Of a DNA stretch of 64,000 nucleotides, positions 7,808 to 16,597 are shown in pieces (position 1 is the stretch's first letter; each line of letters starts with the position of its first letter). The notes beneath the pieces are model-generated. The model ran no database searches, was not told the DNA's origin, and saw nothing but the letters and a program-made list of their open reading frames with translations. Source of the stretch: Nitrososphaerota archaeon (GTDB lineage Archaea; Thermoproteota; Nitrososphaeria_A; Caldarchaeales; Calditenuaceae); contig JAVQSZ010000004.1 in NCBI GenBank assembly GCA_033581555.1, positions 19,321-83,320 on the forward strand. Reading direction: 5' to 3'. Made by a program: the position numbers and the translations under genes.

Positions 7808-8848
7808 TCACCGGATGACCTCGATCTTCCCCCGGAGCCTCTCGTGGACCTCCCTGCTCCGTCCGTCCAGCTGTACCTCCCTCTCGACGACGGGGAGCTC
7901 CCTGTGGTGCCCGAAGACCTCGGTCGAGAGGTACCTGTCGCCGGAGTCGCAGATCACCGTCGCGATCCTCCGGAGGTCTGGCCTGGACCTCGCGAGCTTG
8001 ATGGCGGCGGCGACGTTGGCCCCAGAGGATATCCCGCAGAAGATCCCCTCCTCCTTAACGAGCCTCGCGGCCATCCTGATCGCCTCGTCCGAGCTGACCA
8101 GCACGACGCCTGAGATCAGGTCTGGGTCGAAGTTCTTCGGGACGAACCCGTCCCCGACGCCCTCGATCTTGTGCCTGCCCCACCTCCCCTCCGCGATCAC
8201 CGCGCACTCGGAGGGCTCGACCGCGTAGACCCTGACCTTCCCGTCCCTCTCCTTCAGGTACCTCCCGACTCCTGAGATCAGGCCCCCTGACCCGTACGCA
8301 ACGACGAAGGCGTCCAGCCTCTTGCCAGCCTGCTCCCAGACCTCCGGCCCTGTGGTCCTGTAGTGGGCGCGGGGGTTGTTCGGGTTATCGAACTGGTTCG
8401 GGAACCAATAGCGGCCGGGCTCCTCTGCGACCATCCTCCTCGCCAACTCGAGGGAGATATCGACGTCGCTCTCGCCTCCCGGCGTAAGGACGACCTCGCC
8501 GCCGTACGCCCTTATCAGCTCCCGCCTCTCGACGCTGACGCCCTCCGGCATCACGACCTTCACCCTGAAGCCCATCACGGTCCCCACGAAGCTGCAGGCG
8601 ATCCCCGCGTTCCCAGTCGAGACCTCGACGATCTCCATTCCGTCGCGCAGCTCGCCGGACTCAACGGCCCTCGAGACCATCTCCCTGTAGATCCTGTCCT
8701 TCAGCGACCCTGAGGGGTTCAGGTTCTCGAGCTTGACCAGGACGTCGACGTCGTCGCCGAGCCCCTCAGACCTCGGGATTCTCCTGAGCCTCACCAAGGG
8801 CGTGTTGCCTATCGCGTCCAAGATCGAGTCGAGGGACCTCGACGCCAC
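7808..8848 (-). CDS. cysteine synthase / O-phosphoserine sulfhydrylase family (PLP fold type II)
   Basis: IGNTPLVRL, NPSGSLKDR (PLP lysine) and GSGGLISG motifs. Confidence 0.8.
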   Translation of the reverse strand: MASRSLDSILDAIGNTPLVRLRRIPRSEGLGDDVDVLVKLENLNPSGSLKDRIYREMVSRAVESGELRDGMEIVEVSTGNAGIACSFVGTVMGFRVKVVMPEGVSVERRELIRAYGGEVVLTPGGESDVDISLELARRMVAEEPGRYWFPNQFDNPNNPRAHYRTTGPEVWEQAGKRLDAFVVAYGSGGLISGVGRYLKERDGKVRVYAVEPSECAVIAEGRWGRHKIEGVGDGFVPKNFDPDLISGVVLVSSDEAIRMAARLVKEEGIFCGISSGANVAAAIKLARSRPDLRRIATVICDSGDRYLSTEVFGHHRELPVVEREVQLDGRSREVHERLRGKIEVIR

Positions 8849-8921
8849 GCGTCACGATCCTCAGCGCCGTATGTAAATGTGAACGCGGCCGGTTGGTAGC
8901 TCGGACCCCGAAGGAGACCGC

Positions 8922-9584
8922 TCACCTCATCAGCTGCCCCTCGATGCTCTCCAGGAGGACCCTCTCGGTCTCGAGGAGCTTCGTCGGCGATATCCCAGGC
9001 ACGCCGCAGAGCACGATCAGCGCATCGACCGTCGACCTGTCGGTCTTCGTCCGCTCCGAGTCCCTGTACGGGTAGACGGAGACGACGCCGAGCTCGTCCC
9101 TCATCACGACCTCCTTCCCGGTCAGCCTCTCCGGCACCGAGAACCCTATCCCGAGGAACTCCTCGCCCTCCCTCGACCAGGTCAACGCGAGCCTCCCCGA
9201 CAACTTCCTTAGGTCGAAGACCGAGAACGTGGTCCCAGTTAGGGCGGAGACGAGGTTGCAGACGTCGACGAGCGGGTTGATCTTAGGGATCGGCCTGTTC
9301 TGGAGTATCCTCCTCACGAGGGCCTCGGAGGAGGGCCTGACCTTCGTCGGGTCTATCCCTATCCGCCAGTAGAAGTCCCTGTAGGCCCGGAAGACCGGGT
9401 CGGACTTCACCGACTCGAGCGTGTGCCTCCTCCTAACCTCCTCGTAGACCCTCGACTCGAACTCCGCGGAGACCTCGGGCCTCGAGCCGACGTCGACGCC
9501 CCTCAGCGTTACAGCTCTGACCGGTATCTGGAGCCTCGACCTCAGACCGTCGTCGATCAGGACCTCATACTCCCCTCGAAGCAA
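8922..9584 (-). CDS. B3/B4 (PheRS-beta-like tRNA-binding) domain protein, COG3382-like
   Basis: FRAYRDFYWRIGIDPTKVRPSSEALVRRIL...INPLVDVCNLVS matches the B3_4 domain pattern as I recall it. TTG start overlaps the macro gene by 20 nt. Confidence 0.55.
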   Translation of the reverse strand: MLRGEYEVLIDDGLRSRLQIPVRAVTLRGVDVGSRPEVSAEFESRVYEEVRRRHTLESVKSDPVFRAYRDFYWRIGIDPTKVRPSSEALVRRILQNRPIPKINPLVDVCNLVSALTGTTFSVFDLRKLSGRLALTWSREGEEFLGIGFSVPERLTGKEVVMRDELGVVSVYPYRDSERTKTDRSTVDALIVLCGVPGISPTKLLETERVLLESIEGQLMR

Positions 9585-10110
9585 CCTCCTCGACCCCCCT
9601 GACCAGCCCTTCGAGGAGCTCCTCGTTGAAGGCGACGAAGTTGACGACCCTTATCCTCCCGCCCGAGGACGCGTGGTCGATGACCGCCCTGCACATGGCC
9701 CTCCCCGCGACCGCCGGGTCGAGGCCTCCGACGCCGGTGCCCATCCCGGGGAAGGAGACCGAGGCCGCCCCTGCGGCCTCAGCCGACTTCAGGGCCGCGA
9801 GCGTCGCGGCGTAGACCTTTCGCTCGTCGGTCTCACCAGCAGGCCGCTCCATCGTTGGCGCGTGGACGACCATCCTGCAACTGAGCCTCCCCGGCGAGGT
9901 GACCACGGCCTCTCCGACCGGAACAGGTGCCTTCCTCCTCGCCTCGTCCTCGATCGCCTGGCCTCCGGCCCTCTTCACGGCCCCGGCCACGCCACCGCCC
10001 ATCAGCATCAGCGAGTTCGCCGGCACGACGATCGCGTCGGACTGCTCCTTCGTGATGTCACCGACGTAGACCCTCAGCCTCACTCCTCCCGGCAGCTCGT
10101 ACTGCCTCAT
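9565..10110 (-). CDS. macro domain protein (ADP-ribose/O-acetyl-ADP-ribose binding or hydrolase)
   Basis: VYVGDITKEQSDAIVVPANSLMLMGGGVAGAVKRAGG and SVSFPGMGTGVGG motifs. Confidence 0.8.
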   Translation of the reverse strand: MRQYELPGGVRLRVYVGDITKEQSDAIVVPANSLMLMGGGVAGAVKRAGGQAIEDEARRKAPVPVGEAVVTSPGRLSCRMVVHAPTMERPAGETDERKVYAATLAALKSAEAAGAASVSFPGMGTGVGGLDPAVAGRAMCRAVIDHASSGGRIRVVNFVAFNEELLEGLVRGVEEVASRGV

Positions 10111-10128
10111 CAGTCCGGACCTTCAGGC

Positions 10129-10305
10129 TCAGAAGCCGCGGCCCCTGGCCGAGCCCCTCTCCTCGACCTGGGCGTTGACGATCCTCTTCAGGTAGTTCAT
10201 CCTGTTCCTGATCCTCGGCGGCGGGAAGTCCTTCGGCTTCGGCTCGATCTTAGGCGTCGCGCTCCTGACCTTCCCGGCCTTCGTCACTGAACCGTGGGAG
10301 GGCAT
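10129..10305 (-). CDS. rps30e: 30S ribosomal protein eS30
   Basis: MPSHGSVTKAGKVRSATPKIEPKPK...PRIRNRMNYLKR. Start taken at the internal ATG, with TATA cttatatg ~25 nt upstream. Confidence 0.85.
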   Translation of the reverse strand: MPSHGSVTKAGKVRSATPKIEPKPKDFPPPRIRNRMNYLKRIVNAQVEERGSARGRGF

Positions 10306-10398
10306 GCCGCGGTCCACTTGCGGCCCCGATCATATAAGCTTAGCTTGGAGGGCGGGCGGTCTAGTGGTGAGAGGACGCTCGGTAGACCGACCGCGCGG

Positions 10399-10767
10399 TC
10401 ACTCCGGTGCGATGAGTACCCTCGATCCCGGCCTGACCCTCTCGAGGGGCGAGGGGTCGTCTAGGATGACGCCTATCCTGACCGAATGCGTCGGGGGCTG
10501 GGCCTTCCTGAAGACGAATACGATCGAGCCGTTGGTCGCCCAGTAGAGGACGTCGCCTGGGGAAGCCGAGTAGATCTCCTTCTCGGCCCCCCTCCTGATC
10601 TCGACCGGGACGTAAACCGCGAAGTCCCACCTGGCCGCTGGACCGCTGAGCGGGAGCCTCCTGACCACCTCGTCGTAGGTCAAGGGCGCCATGAACCTCT
10701 TCAGCTCGGCCCTAAATACGCCCACGCCCTCGAACTCGACCCTCACGCGCTTCGCCTGGGAGCTCAA
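10399..10767 (-). CDS. cyclophilin-like fold protein (TM1367/PF04126-like), function unknown
   Basis: ~120 aa; GDVLYWATNGSIVFVF...VRIGVILDD resembles the GD.aYW.pG..i.iFfG pattern of this family. From recall only. Confidence 0.45.
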   Translation of the reverse strand: MSSQAKRVRVEFEGVGVFRAELKRFMAPLTYDEVVRRLPLSGPAARWDFAVYVPVEIRRGAEKEIYSASPGDVLYWATNGSIVFVFRKAQPPTHSVRIGVILDDPSPLERVRPGSRVLIAPE

Positions 10768-10850
10768 CCGACGTCAGATGCCCTCGACGTGGAATTATGG
10801 TTAACCCCGTCGGCGCGGGCCCGGCGAACACGGAGAGAAGGGAGCCTTCC

Positions 10851-11477
10851 TCAGTAGGGATAGACCCTGTCCCGCTTCGGTATCGCGAACCTCGACATCC
10901 TCTCCTCGTACCTCCTGATCTCCTCCTCGTACATCTCGAGGGTCAGCTGGATGTCATCGAGGCCCTTCACAAGCCTCTCCCTCACGTGTGGCTCCATCTC
11001 GAACCTGTACGTCCTGCCGTTCGAGGACTCGATCGTCCCGTTGACCACGTCGACCCGGGCCATCAGCCCGCCCGACCTCGCGGCCTCCCTCAGCTCGAGG
11101 ACCTCCCGCTCGCTCAGCCTGACGCAGACCAGCCCGTTCTTCGCAGCGTTGCCGTAGAAGATGTCGCCGAACGAGGTCGCGACGACGCACCTTACCCCGA
11201 AGTCGAGGAGCGCCCAAACCGCGTTCTCCCTGCTCGACCCGATTCCGAAGTTCCTCCCCGCGATCAGGATCTTCGCGTCCCTGAACTCCGGCCTGTCGAG
11301 GACGAACCTGCCCGTCAGCTGGCCCCCTTCGTACCTCCACCTGTAGAAGAGGTACTTCCCGAGGCCCTTTCTCTGGAGGACCTTGAGGAACTCGGCGGGG
11401 ATGATCTGGTCGGTGTCGACGTCGTCAGCGTCGAGGGGCGCGGCCTTCCCCTCCACTATCGTAACCGGCTCTGGCAC
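10851..11477 (-). CDS. leuD: 3-isopropylmalate (or homoaconitate) dehydratase small subunit, long bacterial-type LeuD
   Basis: PLDADDVDTDQIIPAEFLK, GRNFGIGSSRENAVWALLDFG and SFGDIFYGNAAKNGL; collinear with E. coli LeuD over ~200 aa. Confidence 0.8.
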   Translation of the reverse strand: MPEPVTIVEGKAAPLDADDVDTDQIIPAEFLKVLQRKGLGKYLFYRWRYEGGQLTGRFVLDRPEFRDAKILIAGRNFGIGSSRENAVWALLDFGVRCVVATSFGDIFYGNAAKNGLVCVRLSEREVLELREAARSGGLMARVDVVNGTIESSNGRTYRFEMEPHVRERLVKGLDDIQLTLEMYEEEIRRYEERMSRFAIPKRDRVYPY

Positions 11478-11519
11478 GGGAGATCCGCGGATCGGTCGGG
11501 GATTAACCTATGCGCCCGG

Positions 11520-13379
11520 TTACCTCGCGACCCCCTTCTCCCTCAGCTTCTCCCTGAGGACCCTGCTGAGCACCGCGCCGTCGACCCTGCCCCTGTAACG
11601 CTTCATCAGCTCGCCCATCAGGGGACCGAACGGGTCCTTGCCCGAGAACTTCGGCGAGAGCTCCTCCACCAGCCTCTCCACCTCCCTCTCCACCTCTTCC
11701 ATCTCGGGGGCGAGTAACCCGAGGCTCCTGACTGCGTCGAGCGGCGACGCGCCGGGGTTGCTGGCTAGGTACGCGATCACCTCCCTCGCGGACTCCTTCG
11801 CGGTCCTCCCCTCCGCGACGAGCTTCAGGTACTCGTGGAGCGACCTCACGTCGACGGCGTCCACGTTCACCCCCGACCTCTTCAGGTCCTTCATGGTCTC
11901 GGTGAGGAGCGACGCGACGAAACTCGGCTGGACCCCTGTCTTCACGAGGTAGCTGAACTCCTCGAGGGCCTCGGAGTCGATCAGCTCCCAGGCCAGCTGG
12001 GTCGAAAGCCCGTACCTCGATGCGAGGTCAGCAGCGACCTGGTCGAGCGTCGGGGGAAGGTGCCTCTCGATCTCCTCGAGCATCGCGCGGGTCACCCTTG
12101 TCGGGGGCACGTCGGTCTCAGGATACATCCTCGCGGCTCCGGGCCTCGGCCTTAGATAGACCGTGACGCCGCCCGCCTTCGCTCCCCTAGTCTCGCTAGG
12201 AGGTCCGTCCAGCGCGGCCGCGGCCCTCTCCAGCACCGCCTCGAGCGCCTCCTCGCACCTCGCCTCTGGACCCAAAGCGAGCGCGAACCCGTCTTGCCCC
12301 TCTGCGCCGAGGGCGGACCTGATCGCCGAGACCTCCTCCTGCGAGACGCCGTAACCCGGGAGTTCGTCCGAGTGGAGTATCCCCTCGATCCCCGTCCAGG
12401 CCCTCGCGTAGTCCGAGAGCTCCCTCCCGAGCCTCACCTCTCCGCCTCCCAACAGGCCGCCGAAGCCTGGCAACCTTACCGCCATAGCCCTCCCGCCCCT
12501 CGAGAGCCAGGAGGAGACGAGCCTGCTCCTCGACGACCTGAGCAGCTCCGTGACGTCGATGACGCGCTGAGCGAGCACGTCCTCCGGCCTGACGCCCCTC
12601 GCCCTCAGCTCCGAGGCGACCCTCACGAGGTGAAGCATCCTCCTGACCTCGTGCTCGACGACCCTCGGCAACTCCTCGAGCTCTTGGACGCCCTTCACCT
12701 CGACTAGCCCGCTGCCCGCGATCGAGACGTTCAGGTCCTGCCTCACGGTCCCTATCCCCCTCTTAACGCCCCTCGTCGCCCTCAGGAGCCTCCCTATGGC
12801 GAGAGCGGCCCGGTAAACCTCGTCGGGGGTCTCGAGGACCGGCGCCGTTGAGACCTCGATCAGCGGTATTCCCAGCCTCGAGAGGTCGTAGACTACCGAG
12901 TCCTCCCTCGCCTCGACGATCCTCGCGGCGTCCTCCTCAAGCGTTATCGTCTGAATCGGGACCTCCTTCTCGCCTGCCCTCACCGAACCGCCCGTCGCGA
13001 CGACGCAGGTCCGCTGGAACCCGGTCGTGTTGGAACCGTCGATCACGATCTTCCTCATCACGTGAACTTCATCGACCGGCCTGGCTCCGACCATCCTCGC
13101 GAAGGTTAAGGCGATCCTCAGCGCCTCCGGGTTCAGGCCGTGCGGGGGCTCCTCGTCCATCTCGACGAGGCAAGCGCTCCCCAGGTCGGCCCTGTAGACG
13201 ATCGTCCTCGCGCGGCGGGCCTCAAACCGCGCCGCGGGATCAACCTCGCCGAGCTCGCTCTGCGCCTCCCTCAGCCTCCTGACGAACTCGACCCTCTCCC
13301 CGGTCTCGATCGGGTCGGTCGGGCAGCCGCAGAAGAGCTTCGTCCTGGTGTTAAGCTGCCTGTGGACCTCGAGCCCCAC
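11520..13379 (-). CDS. gatE: Glu-tRNA(Gln) amidotransferase subunit E
   Basis: MGLEVHRQLNTRTKLFCGCP N-terminus at 619 aa, immediately downstream of gatD. Confidence 0.9.
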   Translation of the reverse strand: MGLEVHRQLNTRTKLFCGCPTDPIETGERVEFVRRLREAQSELGEVDPAARFEARRARTIVYRADLGSACLVEMDEEPPHGLNPEALRIALTFARMVGARPVDEVHVMRKIVIDGSNTTGFQRTCVVATGGSVRAGEKEVPIQTITLEEDAARIVEAREDSVVYDLSRLGIPLIEVSTAPVLETPDEVYRAALAIGRLLRATRGVKRGIGTVRQDLNVSIAGSGLVEVKGVQELEELPRVVEHEVRRMLHLVRVASELRARGVRPEDVLAQRVIDVTELLRSSRSRLVSSWLSRGGRAMAVRLPGFGGLLGGGEVRLGRELSDYARAWTGIEGILHSDELPGYGVSQEEVSAIRSALGAEGQDGFALALGPEARCEEALEAVLERAAAALDGPPSETRGAKAGGVTVYLRPRPGAARMYPETDVPPTRVTRAMLEEIERHLPPTLDQVAADLASRYGLSTQLAWELIDSEALEEFSYLVKTGVQPSFVASLLTETMKDLKRSGVNVDAVDVRSLHEYLKLVAEGRTAKESAREVIAYLASNPGASPLDAVRSLGLLAPEMEEVEREVERLVEELSPKFSGKDPFGPLMGELMKRYRGRVDGAVLSRVLREKLREKGVAR

Positions 13380-13408
13380 CTTGAGCCCGATCTCCCGGTA
13401 GTCCAGGC

Positions 13409-14746
13409 TCAGGCCAGATCACCCCGCTCGGTCCACACGGGAAGGCTCCGCTCGCCGATTTCGCCCGCGACTGGCGTCAGCATCGCCCTCCTGACCTCCG
13501 ACGGGTCGTTGAACCTGTGAAGGGCCCAGCAGAGCTTGACGTACGCCACCTCGGGCAGCATGTCGCTCAACGGCGTGACGCCAGCGGCCAGTAGGTCCCT
13601 GCCGTTGTCGTAGACGTTCATGTTCACCCTCCCGAACCTGCACTGGGACCCCATCCCTACGAACGCGCCCTCGCCGACGAGTCTCCTGATCGCAGGGATC
13701 CAGCTCGAGGTCACGTGCCCCAGCCCGGTCCCCTCGAGGACGAAGCCCCTGTAGCCCATCTCCCAGAGCGCCTCGAGGACCTCCGCCCTCATCCCCGGGA
13801 AGAACTTCAACAGGACCGCCCTCTCGTCGAAGCCAGGCTCGAAGGAGTAGTCGTCGGCCGACCTCGGGTGGAGGCCCTCTGCCTTCACTACCAGCTTCCC
13901 GTCCCTCACGTATGCGACCGGCCTCGAGTTGACGCTCCTGAACGCGTCCCGGCTACTCGTGTGGAGCTTCACGACCCTCGTCCCCCGGTGGACCGCGATG
14001 ACGTCGTCCGAGTGCCAGGCGTGCATCGCCACGACGACCTCCGCGAAGGGCGCCTTCCCCGCGACGAGTAGGGCCGCGAGGAGGTTGGTCGCGGCGTCGC
14101 TGGACGGCCTGTCGCTGCTCCTCTGGGCACCGACTAACACGACCGGGACGGGTGGCCTCTGGAGGGCGAAGCTGAGTGCCGCGGCCGTGTAGGCCATCGT
14201 GTCGGTCCCATGGGCCACCACGACCCCGTCGTAACCCCCCTCGATCCTCTCGTGGACTGCCCTAGCTATGAGGTCCCACTCGCGCTGGGTCATGTTCTCG
14301 CTGTAGATCGAGAGCACGACCTCGCTCTCCACGTTTGCGACCTCCGCGACCTCCCTCACCGTCGAGACCAGGTCCTCCGTCGTCATCGCGGGCCTCACCG
14401 CTCCCGTCCTGTAGTCGACCCTCGAAGCGATGGTCCCTCCGGTCCCTATGAGCGCGACCCGCGGCAAGTCCGGATTGGAGGGCGGAAGCTCGCCCCTGAC
14501 GAAGGCCGGGGCCCTCCCCCTCGAGAGCCTCCTGACCGTCGTCCGGTCGTCGACAACTATCCCGACGTTGTAGCCGTTCCGGAGCTTCAGCGTGATCACC
14601 CCATCCTCCGCGTACTCCGGCCTCGAGATCAGGTACCCGACGTACCTGGTGCCGTCGGCGGTGACCACCTCCAGCTCGTCTCCGACCTCAGCTCCTAAGG
14701 ACTCCAGGAGCTCGCCGAGCCTGCCCCTGTAGCCCGACGCGCCCAT
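13409..14746 (-). CDS. gatD: Glu-tRNA(Gln) amidotransferase subunit D (asparaginase-like)
   Basis: IALIGTGGTIASRVDYRTGAV and HGTDTMAYTAAAL asparaginase motifs. The track ORF (to 15004) is over-extended; ATG 14746 (MGASGYRG) gives ~445 aa and leaves a divergent promoter gap. Confidence 0.9.
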   Translation of the reverse strand: MGASGYRGRLGELLESLGAEVGDELEVVTADGTRYVGYLISRPEYAEDGVITLKLRNGYNVGIVVDDRTTVRRLSRGRAPAFVRGELPPSNPDLPRVALIGTGGTIASRVDYRTGAVRPAMTTEDLVSTVREVAEVANVESEVVLSIYSENMTQREWDLIARAVHERIEGGYDGVVVAHGTDTMAYTAAALSFALQRPPVPVVLVGAQRSSDRPSSDAATNLLAALLVAGKAPFAEVVVAMHAWHSDDVIAVHRGTRVVKLHTSSRDAFRSVNSRPVAYVRDGKLVVKAEGLHPRSADDYSFEPGFDERAVLLKFFPGMRAEVLEALWEMGYRGFVLEGTGLGHVTSSWIPAIRRLVGEGAFVGMGSQCRFGRVNMNVYDNGRDLLAAGVTPLSDMLPEVAYVKLCWALHRFNDPSEVRRAMLTPVAGEIGERSLPVWTERGDLA

Positions 14747-14809
14747 CCGCCGCGATCCCGGTCCGAGTATGACTAATAAGTTTCTGAAGAAGGGTTCTGA
14801 CGAGGTCAC

Positions 14810-15226
14810 ATGCCCATAACGGTTCGTGTGAGGGACGTGATGGAGACGAACGTTCCGACGATGGAGGCGGACGCGACCGTAATGGAGGCCGTGAAGCGGA
14901 TGGTCGCCGAGAACGTCTGGTCGTTCCTGGTCACGAAGAGGGGCCTCCCTGTGGGAGTGGTTACGGAGAGGGACATCCTGAGGAGGTGCATCGCGAAGGG
15001 CCACAGCCTCAACATGAAGCTGGAGGAGATCATGTCGTCGCCAATCATCACGATAGGGCCCGACGAGCCGATCGGGAAGGCTCTGCAGCTGATGGCGGAG
15101 AAGAACGTCAGGAGACTCTACGTCGTCGAGGGAGGGAAGGTGATCGGCCGGATCACCCAGACCAAGTCGATGGAGTCGCTGCTGAACGTCCTCCTCACGC
15201 TGCAGTCGCTGCCGTACCAGCTCTGA
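14810..15226 (+). CDS. CBS-domain pair protein
   Basis: Two CBS repeats (VMETNVPTM...VTERDILR and IMSSPIITI...GRITQT). Confidence 0.8.
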   Translation: MPITVRVRDVMETNVPTMEADATVMEAVKRMVAENVWSFLVTKRGLPVGVVTERDILRRCIAKGHSLNMKLEEIMSSPIITIGPDEPIGKALQLMAEKNVRRLYVVEGGKVIGRITQTKSMESLLNVLLTLQSLPYQL

Positions 15227-15238
15227 GTGCGGGCCCAG

Positions 15239-15658
15239 CTAATCCACCGGTATCCTCCTACCCGCCCCCTTCTTCCTCATCCTCACCTCGAGTATCCCGT
15301 TGCGATAGGTGCCCTTGACCGAGTCGGTGTCGACCGGGTCCGGCAGCTCGAGGACCAGCCTGTAGCACTGGACGGTCCTCTCGTAGCCTCTGCTGACCCT
15401 CACGCCGTACCTGATAGGCGCGTAGACGCTCACGCCGAACTCGGAGACCCTCAGGTCGATCTCCTCCTTCCTGACGCCCGGCATGTCGACGCTCAGGACG
15501 TACTCCTCTTCGGTCTCCCGGAGGTCGTGGAGGGGCTGGAGGCACTGGCCGGCCCACTCGTCGTGGCGGAGCTCCGTGAGGAACTGTTCGATGTCCCTCG
15601 CGATCTCCTCCTCGATCTCCCTCACGACGTCGAAGACCGACCTCCGTCTCCTGAACAT
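15239..15658 (-). CDS. hsp20: small heat-shock protein Hsp20/alpha-crystallin
   Basis: YVLSVDMPGVRKEEIDLRV ... YRNGILEVRMRKK alpha-crystallin domain pattern. Confidence 0.85.
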   Translation of the reverse strand: MFRRRRSVFDVVREIEEEIARDIEQFLTELRHDEWAGQCLQPLHDLRETEEEYVLSVDMPGVRKEEIDLRVSEFGVSVYAPIRYGVRVSRGYERTVQCYRLVLELPDPVDTDSVKGTYRNGILEVRMRKKGAGRRIPVD

Positions 15659-15736
15659 TCCCGTGAATTCGATCGGATGGCTGGAGATAACGGTGACGGG
15701 CGACCCTATATCCGGCCCTGGCCTCCCCGGCGCGGG

Positions 15737-16597
15737 ATGAGGGAGGTCGACGAGTCTTTCCTCGCGGAGGTCTTACCTCCCCGCAGGAGGAGCTCGAGGA
15801 AGGGCGAGAACGGCGTCGTCCTCTGCGTCGGCGGGAGCAGGCTCTACCACGGCGCTCCGATATTGATGGCCCTAGCGGCCTACCGGACCGGCGTCGACCT
15901 GGTCTACTTGGCTATACCCAGGGCCCACGAGGTCGCCGCGAGGTCCACGAGCCCCTCCCTGATCGTGATCCCGATGACCGACTTCAAGCTCACGAAGCGC
16001 GTCGCGGACCAGGTCCTCAAGTGGCTCCCGAGCAGGCCCGGCTCCGCCGCGATCGGTCCCGGCCTCTCCGTCGCTAAGCCAGTCGCCCTCCAGTACCTCG
16101 TCGGCCAACTCCTCTCGATGGGCGCGTCGGTCGTGCTCGACGCTGGAGCGCTCATCCCCGAAGCCCTCGAGGTGGTCTCGGGGAAGAATGCGGTCCTCAC
16201 GCCCCACGCCGGCGAGTTCAGGAGGGTCTTCGGGAGGGACCCCGGCACGACGGTCGAGGAGAGGGCGAGGTCGGCGAGGGAGGAGGCCGCGAGGCACCGC
16301 GTGACCGTGCTGCTCAAGGGCCCCGTCGACGTGGTCACCGACGGCGAGGAGGTCCTGGTGAACAGGAGGGGATCACCGAACATGACCGTCGGCGGCACCG
16401 GGGACGTCCTGACCGGGGTCGTCGCGGGCCTCCTCGCGAAGGGCATGTCGCCTCTCGAGGCCGCGGCGGCGGGCGCCTACGTGAACGGCGTCTGCGGCGA
16501 GATGGCGGAGCGCGAGATCGGCCACCACCTCCTGCCCACGGACCTCCTCCCTCTGATCCCGAAGGCGATGATGAGGTTCGAGAGGACTGTCGACTGA
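15737..16597 (+). CDS. nnrD: ADP-dependent NAD(P)H-hydrate dehydratase (YjeF C-terminal/carbohydrate kinase family)
   Basis: KGENGVVLCVGGSRLYHGAPILMALAAYRTGVDLVYL and GGTGDVLTGVVAGLLAKG. The first 170 codons of the track ORF are antisense to hsp20; ATG 15737 lies ~28 nt after cctatatcc. Confidence 0.8.
   Translation: MREVDESFLAEVLPPRRRSSRKGENGVVLCVGGSRLYHGAPILMALAAYRTGVDLVYLAIPRAHEVAARSTSPSLIVIPMTDFKLTKRVADQVLKWLPSRPGSAAIGPGLSVAKPVALQYLVGQLLSMGASVVLDAGALIPEALEVVSGKNAVLTPHAGEFRRVFGRDPGTTVEERARSAREEAARHRVTVLLKGPVDVVTDGEEVLVNRRGSPNMTVGGTGDVLTGVVAGLLAKGMSPLEAAAAGAYVNGVCGEMAEREIGHHLLPTDLLPLIPKAMMRFERTVD

Noticed and set aside
10349-10398. tRNA-like 5' half (GGGCGGGCGGTCTAGTGGTGAGAGGACGCTCGG...) next to the eS30 promoter.
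   Set aside because: It has no T at position 8, and the would-be anticodon arm closes on a 4-nt loop. No T arm or complementary CCCGCCC acceptor strand lies within 200 nt, and the downstream sequence is the 3' end of a minus-strand CDS. It may be a chance resemblance or an ancient att relic, but it is not a tRNA gene.
14747-15004. 5' extensions of track ORFs: gatD to 15004, nnrD from 15227, Rpp30 to 25255, hisI to 37644, polyprenyl synthase from 37988, FAD oxidase to 51085, FGGY kinase to 52479, RNase HI to 3936.
   Set aside because: The extensions are low-complexity, overlap neighbouring genes or promoters, and are absent from the conserved family N-termini. Internal ATG/TTG starts with TATA boxes or stop/start overlaps fit better.
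16567-16596. ATGATGA ... CTGA pairs at the end of nnrD, and ATGATGACTGA at 47217, considered as C/D sRNAs.
   Set aside because: Box spacing is wrong (19 nt and 0 nt), no second box pair exists, and both lie within coding sequence or at start codons.
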